Virus record (IMG/VR): IMGVR_UViG_3300045988_037736
Coordinates: 37,472 to 101,471 of that record
Strand: one strand, 5' to 3'
Source: a virus
Length of the DNA: 64,000 nucleotides
How positions within the stretch are numbered: the first letter of the stretch is position 1; the number at the start of each line of letters is the position of its first letter. A model generated the notes under the pieces. The model did no database searches, was not told the DNA's origin, and saw only the letters and a program-made list of their open reading frames with translations. The translations under genes were made by a program, and so were the position numbers. Positions 14,554 through 25,778 of the stretch are shown here, in pieces.

Positions 14554-15193
14554 TAGTCCTGGAGATTAAAGTATTCCAAGAATTAGTGAAAGATTGGAGT
14601 TGGTCAATAGAGGGCCTAACAAGGTCAGACTGAGCTTGACCCACTGCCCAAGCATATTGTTGTTCTGCGTGTTGCAGAACCTGTTGAGTTATCCTACCAA
14701 GCTCAAACTGAACTGTAAAATGTTTTACCTTTATAAATAGCTCAAGTGCTTCCTCAAAAGAACCATTCTCTGGTATGAGAGGGAATCCTTCTTCATCTGT
14801 CGAGAAAGCTCTATAAGCTACTTCTATAGTTCCTTCCTTCATAGAAGTAAAAATACAACTTCCCTGTAGTTTATAGGTAAGGTCATTATCTCTTGTCTTA
14901 TCAGGACTCATATGAAATGAATCAGTAGAGTATCTGAATACTTCATGAAGTACTCCATTACAGTTATGACCAACTGCTCTTACCTGTATCATTTCATAGA
15001 AGTCACAAGGTAGCTTACCTCTATAATTCTCTATCTCAACCTTCTCTGTTTTCTCAAGGAATATTGAGGGCATACCTACCTTCTGTATGAACCTGACAGC
15101 ATAATTGACTGCCCTTTCTAAAGATAAATCTTGTAGCAAGGGATTATCCATCAGGTTATCAAGAACTTGTCTTATGCTTATATATTTTGTCAT
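14495..15193 (-). CDS. Hypothetical structural protein (232 aa)
   Basis: Intact ORF ending in TAA; overlaps the start of the downstream fibre gene by ~58 nt. Confidence 0.5.
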   Translation of the reverse strand: MTKYISIRQVLDNLMDNPLLQDLSLERAVNYAVRFIQKVGMPSIFLEKTEKVEIENYRGKLPCDFYEMIQVRAVGHNCNGVLHEVFRYSTDSFHMSPDKTRDNDLTYKLQGSCIFTSMKEGTIEVAYRAFSTDEEGFPLIPENGSFEEALELFIKVKHFTVQFELGRITQQVLQHAEQQYAWAVGQAQSDLVRPSIDQLQSFTNSWNTLISRTNEHSKGFKTLGSKEYIKLH

Positions 15194-15714
15194 ATCTTAA
15201 AAGCATCAAAGTTACCACTTTTAATTCTTTGCTTCAATCTCCTTTTAAGGTCTCTGTTCACTACAAATTCATAGAGGGATTTATTGTTGTAGTCTGCATC
15301 AATCCTGTTATAGTAGACCTTGAAGATTTCTTTTTCCTCCATTTTAATGAGTGTTCTTTCCTTATAGGCTTCCTCATCTTCTGACCATAGTTTAAGTGTT
15401 CTATCCCAGTCAATAGGAAGATTAGTCTTTACCTTTCCCTTCTCAACTGAGATTCTTACATCATACTTCCTTATCTCTATAGTACCCATTCCACATGGTA
15501 ACTTTATATCATGGCCATGTATAAGTGACTCGGCAAGAAGATTATTTATCCTTCTTATAATAGAGTAGAACTGATGTTCTGTAATAGGCTGTCCTATATC
15601 AAACCATTTGTTCTTTCTGATATACTTGTAGGCATCATATACTCCATATGAGTTATTCACTCTATAGACTCTTGACTCACTTACTTTAAGTACCTTCTTT
15701 CTGAACTCCTCCAT
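15190..15714 (-). CDS. Hypothetical protein (174 aa)
   Basis: Intact ORF. Confidence 0.45.
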   Translation of the reverse strand: MEEFRKKVLKVSESRVYRVNNSYGVYDAYKYIRKNKWFDIGQPITEHQFYSIIRRINNLLAESLIHGHDIKLPCGMGTIEIRKYDVRISVEKGKVKTNLPIDWDRTLKLWSEDEEAYKERTLIKMEEKEIFKVYYNRIDADYNNKSLYEFVVNRDLKRRLKQRIKSGNFDAFKI

Positions 15715-16393
15715 ATTTGAACTTGTATCCTCTGCAAAGCTTACCAGTCCTGCAACACTTACTTAACCATGATTTATCTACTCCTAGAGCTAAGGCTGCT
15801 TCTGTAGCTGATTTGTACACAGCTAGTACTTCTCCCTCCCTATCAAGCATTTGTACAATCTTAGACATTGGTGAGTTCTCAGATATTTTCAACCTTTCAC
15901 ACATAGGTCTTTTCCTACCAAGATTTACTTGTCTAAGACATTCCTTTTGTTTCTCACTCATTTTCCATCCAGAACCTCTAGATGATTTTCCTCTATGGGC
16001 TATACTCAACTTCTTCTTATGAGATTCTGTAAGAGTACATCCCCTTCTCTTATTGGATTTTTCATAAGGAATCTTAATTCCTTTATTCCATGGGACATTC
16101 CCTGTGCATCCCTCCCCTCCATCTGTAATATTGAGACTAATCCCTAAATTCTTGTAATAGGCTATATATTGTTTCTCTCTATTTATAGCGTCTTGTTCTG
16201 TCATTCCAGTATAAAGTATTTCATGAGTTATATTGTCCCATCCATACTTTATTATACTATTCTTAAATGGAGAGTTCTTACAATTAAAATACCCTTTACC
16301 ATTATTCCATCTATGAAGAGGATTTTGGCTAGTTATGCCTATATATACTTTGCCAGATGGAGTAGTATGTTTATACAAACAATATTCTTTCAT
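15686..16393 (-). CDS. GIY-YIG homing endonuclease (I-TevI-like, NUMOD-type C-terminal DNA-binding region)
   Basis: N-terminal GKVYIGIT...R...NG...Y module typical of GIY-YIG; C-terminal helix-turn-helix-like repeats; free-standing between structural genes. Confidence 0.85.
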   Translation of the reverse strand: MKEYCLYKHTTPSGKVYIGITSQNPLHRWNNGKGYFNCKNSPFKNSIIKYGWDNITHEILYTGMTEQDAINREKQYIAYYKNLGISLNITDGGEGCTGNVPWNKGIKIPYEKSNKRRGCTLTESHKKKLSIAHRGKSSRGSGWKMSEKQKECLRQVNLGRKRPMCERLKISENSPMSKIVQMLDREGEVLAVYKSATEAALALGVDKSWLSKCCRTGKLCRGYKFKYGGVQKEGT

Positions 16394-17121
16394 CAGTCCT
16401 CTAGCTGTTTTTGGAAATTACCCTTCATATTTCTTTTAATAAAGGTTGCTATATCAGATAAATCATCTGACGCATTGTTGTCAGTGTCCTTTCCCCTATA
16501 GACTGCACCAGAGAGATACTTGACTACAAGTTCAATCAGTGTAGATGCAAGTCCTTCTTCAAGAGGGAACTCCCTGTCTAGTACATCACATTTCTTATCA
16601 CCTGAGTCACACTCAAGTTCTGCTGCTTTGTCAGGGTCTTCAAAGATGCCTGTCATTCTTACCTTTTCAAGGTATAGGAACTGGGGGTTACTTGACTTGA
16701 AATATAGGTAATCATCTGGGCCTTTCGATACATAGATAATATTCTTAAGCCATTTATTTTCACCCACATATCTCATTCTTTCCCTACTTACATAAGTAAT
16801 ATGGGTACCTTGATAGAAGTCTACAGGATACACTGTGTTTGTACCTATAGACATAGTTGAAGGCACTTTCTTCTCACTCCTAAGATATGTACCACCCTCA
16901 CAAGGTTCTCCTGCAATAGCAGGTACTTGTATAAGGTCTAAACAGATAGTTTGGTAGTTACTTTGGGGTATCTCTTTCTTTATATCAGAATATCTTTGCT
17001 TCAGTATTAAAGCTCTTAACTTTGATACAAGAAATAGGACATGCTCCAATGTTATGTATGAGTCATCAGATACTGCTTTCAAAGAATCTAGACACATATA
17101 ACACACTTCTCTATACGTCAT
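16393..17121 (-). CDS. Hypothetical protein (242 aa)
   Basis: Intact ORF flanked on both sides by GIY-YIG endonuclease genes. Confidence 0.5.
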   Translation of the reverse strand: MTYREVCYMCLDSLKAVSDDSYITLEHVLFLVSKLRALILKQRYSDIKKEIPQSNYQTICLDLIQVPAIAGEPCEGGTYLRSEKKVPSTMSIGTNTVYPVDFYQGTHITYVSRERMRYVGENKWLKNIIYVSKGPDDYLYFKSSNPQFLYLEKVRMTGIFEDPDKAAELECDSGDKKCDVLDREFPLEEGLASTLIELVVKYLSGAVYRGKDTDNNASDDLSDIATFIKRNMKGNFQKQLED

Positions 17122-17146
17122 ATATTTATGATATTTATAAGTTTAT

Positions 17147-17815
17147 TTAACTACTATATTTCCATATAAACCCGCCAGAGGTTTTGTGCTCCCCATTTAG
17201 GCATTTATACAAGGAAGCTTCAGCTATACCAGTACATAAACTAGCTTCCTTAACTGAAGGAAAGGACTGTATCAACTCTTCTTCTAAAGAAAACTGTAGT
17301 ACGCCCTTTATGGTTTTAGCCTTTATTATCTTATCAGACCAAGTACAGGGTCTTCCTTTCAGAGACTTACTGATATTATTTCTCCATTCTTCTGTAAGCT
17401 TTACTCCCCTACGAACTAATGATAGCTTCTTTTTAACCTCATCAGTTCTCTTCTTTCCTCTGTTAGCTATAGAAATTCTATTTTTGGACTCTGTAGAAAA
17501 TTTGTAGCCAACGGTGGAGTCCCCTCCTATTGTGCAATTATATCCATGCACATAAGAGTTATATAGTCCTATGTAATATACTTCCAGCTTGTCAAGTTCT
17601 TCTTTAGCCTGCTTTTTAGAACTAAATATTCTCTTTTCTAAAACTTCATATTTGAAGGACTCCAAACCATATTTAATTCTAGCCCTATTTATTTTAATTC
17701 CAGCATATGGCCCGACAGTGTTCCAATGCTCCCTTCGTATTTTCTCGTTAGTAGTCTGACCTATGTAAGATTTTCCACTTGGAGAAACATATCTATATAT
17801 AACACCTTCAACCAT
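17147..17815 (-). CDS. GIY-YIG homing endonuclease
   Basis: GKSYIGQTTN...R...HW...YNCTIGG motifs; C-terminal HTH-like region. Confidence 0.8.
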   Translation of the reverse strand: MVEGVIYRYVSPSGKSYIGQTTNEKIRREHWNTVGPYAGIKINRARIKYGLESFKYEVLEKRIFSSKKQAKEELDKLEVYYIGLYNSYVHGYNCTIGGDSTVGYKFSTESKNRISIANRGKKRTDEVKKKLSLVRRGVKLTEEWRNNISKSLKGRPCTWSDKIIKAKTIKGVLQFSLEEELIQSFPSVKEASLCTGIAEASLYKCLNGEHKTSGGFIWKYSS

Positions 17816-18118
17816 ATTCTGTATAATTAAAATGCTCCTGCAAAGGTAAGCATTTTTTACTTATCCTGCAAGAGCATAATAATTTTTATTTTTTACTGTA
17901 TACAAGTTCCTTTACATGAATCATAAGGAATGAGGCAGCTTCCTTGTAGGCAAGAAAGTGCTCTCTCTATAATATACTTCTGTTCAGAAGTTAAAGAGGT
18001 CTCCTTACTCAGCTCTGTAATATAAGTCAGTACTAGAACAGAGAATGTGTCACTATCAGGAATATAACCTACTTGAGACAATCTCTTAAAGTACCTGTTG
18101 AGAGTGTCATATAGTTTA

Positions 18119-18634
18119 TTATCTTCCATTGCATCCACATCCTTTTAGAGTTGTTCCTTTTACCATTGTGAGCATCTTCCAGTACTTAATAGCAGTACTA
18201 TAGTTGCAAGTAGCTATAGCCATATCAAGAGCATATCTGTTAAGTATGAAATCAACAAAGCCCCTTGATATTTCACAGGTATCCCCAAGCTCTTTAAGGT
18301 ATCCAAGCCCCTTATCTATCAAGATATTTCTATCATAAATAGCTGCCATATCAATGACATCAGCTCCACAAGGAGTATCAGGAGGAAGAGATATGTGGAC
18401 TATAGGAGTGATGATAAGAAGTTCTTTCTTGGCATCTGGGATAAAGATTTCTGTCGTATACTGAGTTACATCGTCTCCATCACAGAGATGATATGGAGTA
18501 TCAGTTCCATAGGTGAGAGGAGTGTCAACCCTGACACCTTTTATACTTAGATTGCTATAGTAAGGCTTATCTTCTATCTCAAAGTCTATTATGAGCTTGT
18601 TACCATCTATCTGTAGCTTATTATACTTTATCAT
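18119..18634 (-). CDS. Hypothetical protein (171 aa)
   Basis: Intact ORF. Confidence 0.45.
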   Translation of the reverse strand: MIKYNKLQIDGNKLIIDFEIEDKPYYSNLSIKGVRVDTPLTYGTDTPYHLCDGDDVTQYTTEIFIPDAKKELLIITPIVHISLPPDTPCGADVIDMAAIYDRNILIDKGLGYLKELGDTCEISRGFVDFILNRYALDMAIATCNYSTAIKYWKMLTMVKGTTLKGCGCNGR

Positions 18635-18677
18635 AGTGTATAAAATAAAAAAGGGAGGCTTTTGACCTCCCTTATGA

Positions 18678-19718
18678 TTAGGCTAGTTCTGCAACCTGTA
18701 CCTTAGAGGCTTCAGCAAACTGACCAATGAGCTTGTTTAGCTGTGCCTTGTCAGCACATACAATAGTGATGTCCTTCTCTGACCTTTGTGGTCCTTCATT
18801 GGGACCTACATAAGCATAGTGGATTTCAAGAACATTGTATGCAGTGTCAGGGTCAACAAGATACTTGGTTGGAATACTGTTAGGCCATCCAATATTTCTG
18901 TATTGGTCACCTCTTTCACCCATGCAGAAGTACTCAAGGTCTGCAATTATTCTACCATTGTTTCTTACAGTAGTGGAGTCACTTACTGTTACTGCACCCC
19001 ACTTAACTTCTTCACCATCAAAGGTTACTGTAGTAGGAGTAACTGTGAAGTTAACTTTAGTCTGTTCCTTGATACCAAGAGTCCAGTCCTGCTCTACTTC
19101 TGTGATAGTAACACCATCAGCATAATCTTCAGCTACTGTGATAGCTGCACCAGTAGTGTCAATAAGAGTTTCCTCACCATTAACATCTGTCTTTACTCTA
19201 CCTACAACCTTTCCAGCTATAGTGAACTCAAGCATCTTGCCAAGTTCTCTGCTGAAATTCTTGTAGAGAGAAGCTGCAAGCTTAGTATAGAACTGGGCAG
19301 GAGTCATAGTTCTTGTAGCATGAACAGCACCATACTTGAAGTAGGGTTCCCCATCTGACATTCCTACATAAGGATTGATACAGATTCTAAGGATATAGTC
19401 CTGACCTCCAATAGGATTGCCTTCATTGACACTAGCATCAAGCTTAACTACAGCCTGCTTAAGTGCATACTTCTGAGTAGCAGCCTCTGCACTTACAGCT
19501 TTGGCATAGAGAATATTGTCTATGTTGATGAGGTCACTCCTCATAAGGTTATCAGCCCCCTTATACTGGAAGTATAAGTTCTTACCTTCAGCATCAGCCT
19601 TGAGAGCAATGGTACCAGCAGCATCTGACTCACTCACCTTACCATCTGTCTTCTTTGCAGTACCTTGAACTGCTGTGACTACATAAAGTTGTCTTACTTG
19701 GTTAGTTGAAAATACCAT
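18678..19718 (-). CDS. Major virion protein candidate (346 aa)
   Basis: Intact ORF ending in TAA; preceded by a hairpin (aaaaaagggaggcttttgacctccctt) at 18640-18670; composition typical of an abundant structural protein. Confidence 0.5.
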   Translation of the reverse strand: MVFSTNQVRQLYVVTAVQGTAKKTDGKVSESDAAGTIALKADAEGKNLYFQYKGADNLMRSDLINIDNILYAKAVSAEAATQKYALKQAVVKLDASVNEGNPIGGQDYILRICINPYVGMSDGEPYFKYGAVHATRTMTPAQFYTKLAASLYKNFSRELGKMLEFTIAGKVVGRVKTDVNGEETLIDTTGAAITVAEDYADGVTITEVEQDWTLGIKEQTKVNFTVTPTTVTFDGEEVKWGAVTVSDSTTVRNNGRIIADLEYFCMGERGDQYRNIGWPNSIPTKYLVDPDTAYNVLEIHYAYVGPNEGPQRSEKDITIVCADKAQLNKLIGQFAEASKVQVAELA

Positions 19719-19737
19719 AATTTATTTTATTAAGTTT

Positions 19738-20433
19738 TTACTTACCTGCACTGGCTCTACTCTTCAAGGCAAGGCTAACTGCCATTTCTAGTATCACTCT
19801 ATGTATTGCAGGGTTTAATTTACATTCAGTTGCTTTTGTTAATCCATTGATAGAAAGACCTTCAGGTAAATCAATAAGGATGATAGGTTCTGGCTTTGAC
19901 AGGTATCTAATCTGGTACTCATCTATGTTGAATGCTGAGATAAGTTCAACTGTATATCCTTCAATATCAAGCCTTAATACTCTCCTCTTGTTGGGCATTC
20001 TGAATGGATTCCTTTTGGTTTTATAGAGTTCATCTTGAGTGACAGGAACTACTTCCATTATAGAACCTTTAGCACAACCTAACTTAACATCTTGAGATGT
20101 TACAGCCTCATAGGTTATAAACCAGGTATCTTCAGGAATATTGAAGAAGTATGAGTCTCTTGTAAGACCTTCCCCTTCCACCTTGTCAGTGGTGGAGTAG
20201 GTCTTTACAAGACTGCTCAAATATCTTCTGAGTTCCTCTGTCTTCTCGAATGAATCTCCTGTAAGGTTTCCATTGTAGAGTGATATGACTATACTCTCTT
20301 GTGCCTTTGTAAGGAACATTGACTTTTCATATTCATCAAACTCCAATGGCATAGAGTCTACACCAAATGGCTTGATGATGGAGTTGCTGTTGACTAGATT
20401 GTCAAATTCATTTGAGAACTCTTCGTTTGTCAT
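19738..20433 (-). CDS. Hypothetical structural protein (231 aa), paralog of the next gene, no TAG
   Basis: EFSNEFDNL...EYEKSMFLTKAQE... aligns with the product of 20446..21230. Confidence 0.5.
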   Translation of the reverse strand: MTNEEFSNEFDNLVNSNSIIKPFGVDSMPLEFDEYEKSMFLTKAQESIVISLYNGNLTGDSFEKTEELRRYLSSLVKTYSTTDKVEGEGLTRDSYFFNIPEDTWFITYEAVTSQDVKLGCAKGSIMEVVPVTQDELYKTKRNPFRMPNKRRVLRLDIEGYTVELISAFNIDEYQIRYLSKPEPIILIDLPEGLSINGLTKATECKLNPAIHRVILEMAVSLALKSRASAGK

Positions 20434-20445
20434 AATTATCTACTT

Positions 20446-21230
20446 TGAGTTACAATACCCATATTAGTCTGTGATGTCTGACCAAGAGCAACCTGTGAAG
20501 TAAGGTCTCCAATATAAGCAGCCTTAGCTAGCTCACAAGCTCTTTGAATAATCTCTGGAAATAGTATTGGGTCAAGCTCACAACATTCCTCACTACTCTC
20601 ACCTCCTATAGTAAGACCGTCAAATGTACTTAGTCTAATAGCTTTAGGACGTCTAACAAATCTATAGGTATAACTAATTAAGGAATCCTAATATCCTAAA
20701 ATTAATTCAACTTTCTTTCTATTACTGTCAGAAATAAGCAATCTCCAAGCTTGGTTTTTTAGAGGATATTTGTAAGGTTTGCTAGTGAGTCTATTATACT
20801 CCAAGTAACTAATAGGGATAACAGTTAATCCAGTTTCGTTATTACCTCTCTAAACTGTAACATACTCGTTGATAAACATGAATATATCATCTTGAAGGAT
20901 GATACTTTTACTGCTTTTTCTATTGTCAAAGTGTGCATCTAAAAAAGAGTCTGCATCTGCTATTGTACGGTCTCTCATGAGCATAGAGAAATCAATCTAC
21001 CTTATCTCACTTCCGTCAAAACCTTCTTGAGACTTATTAGTTTTTGGACTAAAATAAGCTTTTACTACTTCATCTTGAGCCTTAGTTAGAAATACAGACT
21101 TCTCATATTCATCCAAACCAGGAGCCTGATTACTTGTAATGCTGTTGTAAATTATATCAAACTCATTACTAAATTCCTAATTTCTTATTCTTCTTTCTTC
21201 CGCAGTCATAAGGTTTTCAATTTGCGACAT
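20446..21230 (-). CDS. Paralog of 19738..20433 (~260 codons) containing four in-frame TAG codons
   Basis: Manual translation MSQIENLMTAEERRIRN-TAG-EFSNEFDIIYNS...EYEKSVFLTKAQDEVV...; shares N- and C-terminal similarity with its neighbour; ends in TAA. Confidence 0.5.
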
Positions 21231-21248
21231 GTAACTTAAAGATTAAAG

Positions 21249-22244
21249 TTACTGCCTTAACTTAGCCTCAAGAGAAAATTTAATTTCTTGATGCTTGGGA
21301 TTATTAAGATACTTGGCTGCTATGTTGAGTGTAGGTTCTTCATTAGCTTCACATAATGGGGCATTATCACTCCTTAGATATAGATAATTTCCTCTATTAG
21401 AGATAAGACCTGCTTCAATAGCTTTCCTAATAAGGACTTTGGTAGGAAGCATTGGGTCTGTAATAGCTCTAAGGAAGATTTTACTATCTGCTTGGATAAG
21501 GTCATTAGCCTTGGTCTGTAAGAACTCAAGCTTAGATGTAGAAGCAAGGGGTCTACCATCAATAGTTTCAATGATGACTCTCAGTGTATCTGCATCTTCC
21601 TCTATCTTACCAAACTCCTTATAGCACTTCATTGTAGTACTCATGTTAACCTTAGCATTCTTAGTTTCATCACCTTCAGAAATGATTACAAACTGATAGC
21701 TTGCCTTGGGAGCATCCTATAGTGCCTCAAGTGAGGGAGCAATATAGTTCTTATTAGCTAGAAGAATCTTATATCTGATATAATCTTCTGGGTCTGCCAG
21801 ATTAAAATAATTATCTTGCTTGGTAAGTCTTACCCTTGAGATACCCTTATCATTTGTGTCATCCCAGAAGTTATCTGTTTTTCTATAGATAGATAGAGCA
21901 TTTACCTCAAGTCTCATGATATGTTCAAGGAAAGCCTTTTCATCATCTGTCAGTACATTCACGTACATACCTGAGCTTAACCTAGGTACTGTAAATGTCT
22001 TGGTAGCATTCTCGGCCATACCTCCATAGAGTATATGTTTGGGATTAGTAATCATACCACCAAGCTTGGGTATATGTCTCACAATGATTCTTTCATTTCT
22101 TAAGCAGTTTATTAGCTGCTTTGGTGCTCTTCTTGCGGGCTGTTCCTCAACTATAGGAACAACTTTTGGCACCTCTTGTAGAGGCAACTCATCAGATAGG
22201 TCAATCTGAGCTACATCTATTTCTTCCATATTTTTCTTTGCCAT
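21249..22244 (-). CDS. Hypothetical protein (~331 codons) with TAG at 21717
   Basis: ORFs 21717..22244 and 21249..21644 are in the same frame; the first ends in TAG (plus-strand cta at 21717-19). Confidence 0.5.
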
Positions 22245-22306
22245 ATCTTCTCCTTATGAAGTTAAAGAAAGGGGAAGAGAGAATTGCTCTCTCCCCCTTA
22301 TTTTGT

Positions 22307-23821
22307 TTAGCCCTGTAGTATAGCAGGGATAAGTGACATTGTTCTAGTTGGGTCAAGAACACAAATACCAAGAGTAGCCATCCTATGGAAGGTAGCTGAA
22401 TCTTCATCATATGACATGAATTGATTACCAAGCTGACCTGTGAAAGGATTTCTCAATCCCCATTGATAACCTCTGAACTCCTCTTGTCCCTTAATCTTAC
22501 ACTTGAAGATATTGGGCTGGTCCATAGTACCAATGTACATGATGTCATACCTGTAAGAGAAGGCAGGTCCACCATCAGGGTGTTGTACCTTGTTTCTTAT
22601 TGGGTCATCATAGTATGGGTCAACATCAAGCTTCACTCTTACACCATTAGGTGCCCTGTACTCTACAAACTGGAAGCCAGCTGCAAGAGCATTAGTATGA
22701 AGATTGCTTTGTGTCTTCTCAACAACATTCAGAGCATCACCATTAAGTGTGAACTGAGTCCATCCACTTACAGTCTGAAGTACAGCCTTATGGAATTGTA
22801 TAGCACCTCTTTCACCTGTCTTAATGACGAAGTACCTATCACCAAAGTCAAGCTTGGATGCAGACAGTTCATATAGGGCATCTTCAAGAAGTTTCAGGCT
22901 GAACTTGTTGTAGTACTGAGTATTAGCTACCTCCATCTGTTCAAACAGACCAGCACCCATCTTAATAACTTCACCTGACTTACCAAAGTTCAGATACTCT
23001 CCATTGTTGTTTCTGTTGCTTCTACCAAAGGCAAGAATGTTATTCTTGTATTCAGAGAATGTCTGTTCAACTTCCCAGTCAACATAGTGCATCCACATGT
23101 TAACTACAGACTTAGTGTAACCTGTAGGAGTTTCCTTTGTTACAGGAATACCACATGCAAGTTTCTTGTTGAGCATATTGCCAGGCACCTTATGTTGGAT
23201 TCTGATGGTAGACCATTCATTTCTCATAGATACAGGAGAAGTGAATCTAACATCACCAACTTTCCTTGAAAGTGCTCTTTCTACAGGAGCATATTCATAG
23301 CTGAATCTTTCTCCTGGAAGGAGTCTTTCAGCAGGAATACCTTGGGTAATACCACCCATTAGCTCTACCTTGTAAACTGCATTAGTACCTTCCATTCTCG
23401 GATTACCAAGAATCCTCATGGGATATACTTCATTCAGATTACCTACAATTACTTCACCATCAGCAAACCAGTCCTCAGGGAAGACAAGCTCAAACACAGC
23501 TGTACCAACACCTACATTGGCAGTAGTTGCTGCGGTTACTACATTGCCATTCTCATCTCTTGCCTCAAGCAGAGGAATATTCCTTCTGGTAGAGCCAATT
23601 ACATCCCAGTAATATTCTGAGTCATCTTCAAACTCTTTTGTAGGGAACTGGCTTAGGAAGGTATCAAGAGTCTTACCTCTGTACCAAGCTAATAGCTGTA
23701 CCATTAGGTTAGTTGCCTTCTGTGGAGCAAGCTGGAAGATTTGACCAAGGTGGTTGTCCTTTGTCAGACCTTTCCAGTGAGAAAAGCCAATCATTTGGAA
23801 CTTATTCAGTTTTCCAGCCAT
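22307..23821 (-). CDS. Putative major capsid protein (504 aa)
   Basis: Size and position downstream of the portal/terminase block fit crAss-like major capsid proteins; ends in TAA. No motif-level confirmation. Confidence 0.45.
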   Translation of the reverse strand: MAGKLNKFQMIGFSHWKGLTKDNHLGQIFQLAPQKATNLMVQLLAWYRGKTLDTFLSQFPTKEFEDDSEYYWDVIGSTRRNIPLLEARDENGNVVTAATTANVGVGTAVFELVFPEDWFADGEVIVGNLNEVYPMRILGNPRMEGTNAVYKVELMGGITQGIPAERLLPGERFSYEYAPVERALSRKVGDVRFTSPVSMRNEWSTIRIQHKVPGNMLNKKLACGIPVTKETPTGYTKSVVNMWMHYVDWEVEQTFSEYKNNILAFGRSNRNNNGEYLNFGKSGEVIKMGAGLFEQMEVANTQYYNKFSLKLLEDALYELSASKLDFGDRYFVIKTGERGAIQFHKAVLQTVSGWTQFTLNGDALNVVEKTQSNLHTNALAAGFQFVEYRAPNGVRVKLDVDPYYDDPIRNKVQHPDGGPAFSYRYDIMYIGTMDQPNIFKCKIKGQEEFRGYQWGLRNPFTGQLGNQFMSYDEDSATFHRMATLGICVLDPTRTMSLIPAILQG

Positions 23822-23849
23822 AAATAAATTGATTATTGGTTATATTTTA

Positions 23850-25004
23850 TTAAGCATCAATGGTCCAGCCCTTACCTATGAAGGATTCTGAATCAACTCC
23901 ACTTGCATAGTTAAGATTACCATCTGAGGTTCTAGCAGTATTGTTTAGAGTATTTTCCAGTTCTCTGAACCCTCTCTTTACTTCTTTTCTTACTTTACCT
24001 TTTACAAGTCCATCAAGATTCTTGAAGCCATCTGTAAGTGTGAATATAAGACCAAGGTTCTTTAAGAACTCTGTCCTATGTTCCATTTCATATCTCTAAA
24101 TGGCAGTAAGCATTTCTCCTGTCTCAGGGTCTTTATATACAGGCTTGGCAAGATTGTCATATATTCTTTGTCTTGTTGCCTTGTCAACTTCTACATCACC
24201 AAAGACTTTCTTCTCAGTGAGAATAGATGTTCTCAGCTTCTCAGCCTGTTCCTTCCTCTTTGCTACTTCTGCCTCTTCCTCTTTCTTGGCATCTTCAATT
24301 ACTTCCTCATATTTGGACTTGAAGTATTCCTTGTTGCTTTTCAAAGCCTCTCTTGCATCATCTACATCAGTACCTCCATTAAGGGATTTCTGAACTTCTC
24401 TTGAAGCTCTTTCCTTACTGTAACCCCTATTAATGAAGTCCTGATATATTAGCTGTTTCCTCAGCTTCTCTCCTTCATCAGTCTCAGCTGCAATAGAGTC
24501 ATCCTTGATACTGTCAAGATAGTTGATGGCACCTTCATACTGCCTGATAGTATCAGGTTCCACTCCAACATTGAGAGCCTCATCAATCCTCTTCTGTCTT
24601 TCATCAAGACCAGCTTTAATCTGTTGCTCTACAAGCTCTCTTAAGTCTTCAGGAGTTTCTACTTTAGAAATGGCTTCTTCATCAAGGTCTGGGAAGATAC
24701 CTTCCTCTGCAAAGGCTTTGGCAATGGAAGAGTAAATTTTGGGAGAAGTACTGCCTTTGTCAGGGTCAGTATCTTCCTTTTCCTCTGTATCTCCACTACC
24801 TACGCTCTCTGGTTTGTCTGTAAACAAGGAGTCTACATTAACCTCAGTAGTTTCTTTTTCTTTCTTTTCTTTGCCCTCTACGAGCTCATCTTCTTTTTCT
24901 TTACCTGTATCATCAGGTGCAGGCTCCTGTGATGTGTCATCATCTATGAACAGGTTCTCTACCTCAGAGCCTGTCAGAATGTTATCTAGTGATAGTTCTT
25001 CCAT
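23850..25004 (-). CDS. Acidic coiled-coil protein, scaffold-like (~384 codons), TAG at 24096
   Basis: The 302-aa ORF ends with TAG at 24096-98 and continues in the same frame into 23850..24086; highly acidic and Lys/Glu-rich. Confidence 0.5.
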
Positions 25005-25139
25005 ATTAACTTCTCATTATTAAACTTCGCTGCAAAGGTAGAAAAAGTTCCTGTATTGTACAATAGTCTAAATAAAAATATTAAGGAAGTATAAATGAAA
25101 ATGTAAAAATAAAGGGAGACAGTAGTGTCTCCCTTCGTA

Positions 25140-25541
25140 TTATAGCTCAGCTATATTATAGAGTGCTTCATTGAGTATCTGCATAGCTGTTTCACCACTA
25201 AGTATTGCAGCTTCCTCAGAGTAAGGATTAATGTCAAGAGCCTCACATATGTGCATTTCAAGATGATTCTTTTCATGCTCAAAGGTGTTAACAAATTCTC
25301 CTACACTCGAAGCCTTATGTATGACTATAAGTGAGAACTTCTTATAGAAGCTTGAGTATATGAAACCTGTATCAAGTTCCGAGTTCATCAAGTTCCTTTC
25401 CAGTTTCTCAAAGGTTTCTTTGTCAGGCTGAAGCTCTTTAAGTTCAGTGACTATCTCAGTCTTCTATTTCTCATCTACAGTGTAATATATTACTACATCC
25501 CAGTCATACTTCCTTATCTTGAACTGCTGCCTGAGACCCAT
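25140..25541 (-). CDS. Hypothetical protein (~134 codons) with TAG codon(s)
   Basis: The 83-aa ORF extends upstream in frame through TAG to ATG ~25541 (MGLRQQFKIRKYDWDVVIYYTVDEK-TAG-KTEIV...). Confidence 0.4.
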
Positions 25542-25778
25542 ATCATCTATATTTTTCTTTGAGTTTTTCAATCTTTTCCTCAAAGCCTTCTCTATAGCTT
25601 CCTCTATAAAGACCACCTCTCCTTTCATCAAAGCCTGCTTCTCTCATAGCTTTCTTATAGCCATGTTCACAACCTTCCTTGAAAGCCTTTTCAAGCATAT
25701 AGTCTTCATCCTCCCTCCTAGAGCCTCTGCCACCTCTTTCATCTTCATCCATTATTTGATAAATTCTTCCCATAGTTT

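Noticed and set aside
18786-19358. 190-aa plus-strand ORF
   Set aside because: Antisense to the intact 346-aa structural gene 18678..19718, with a low-complexity translation.
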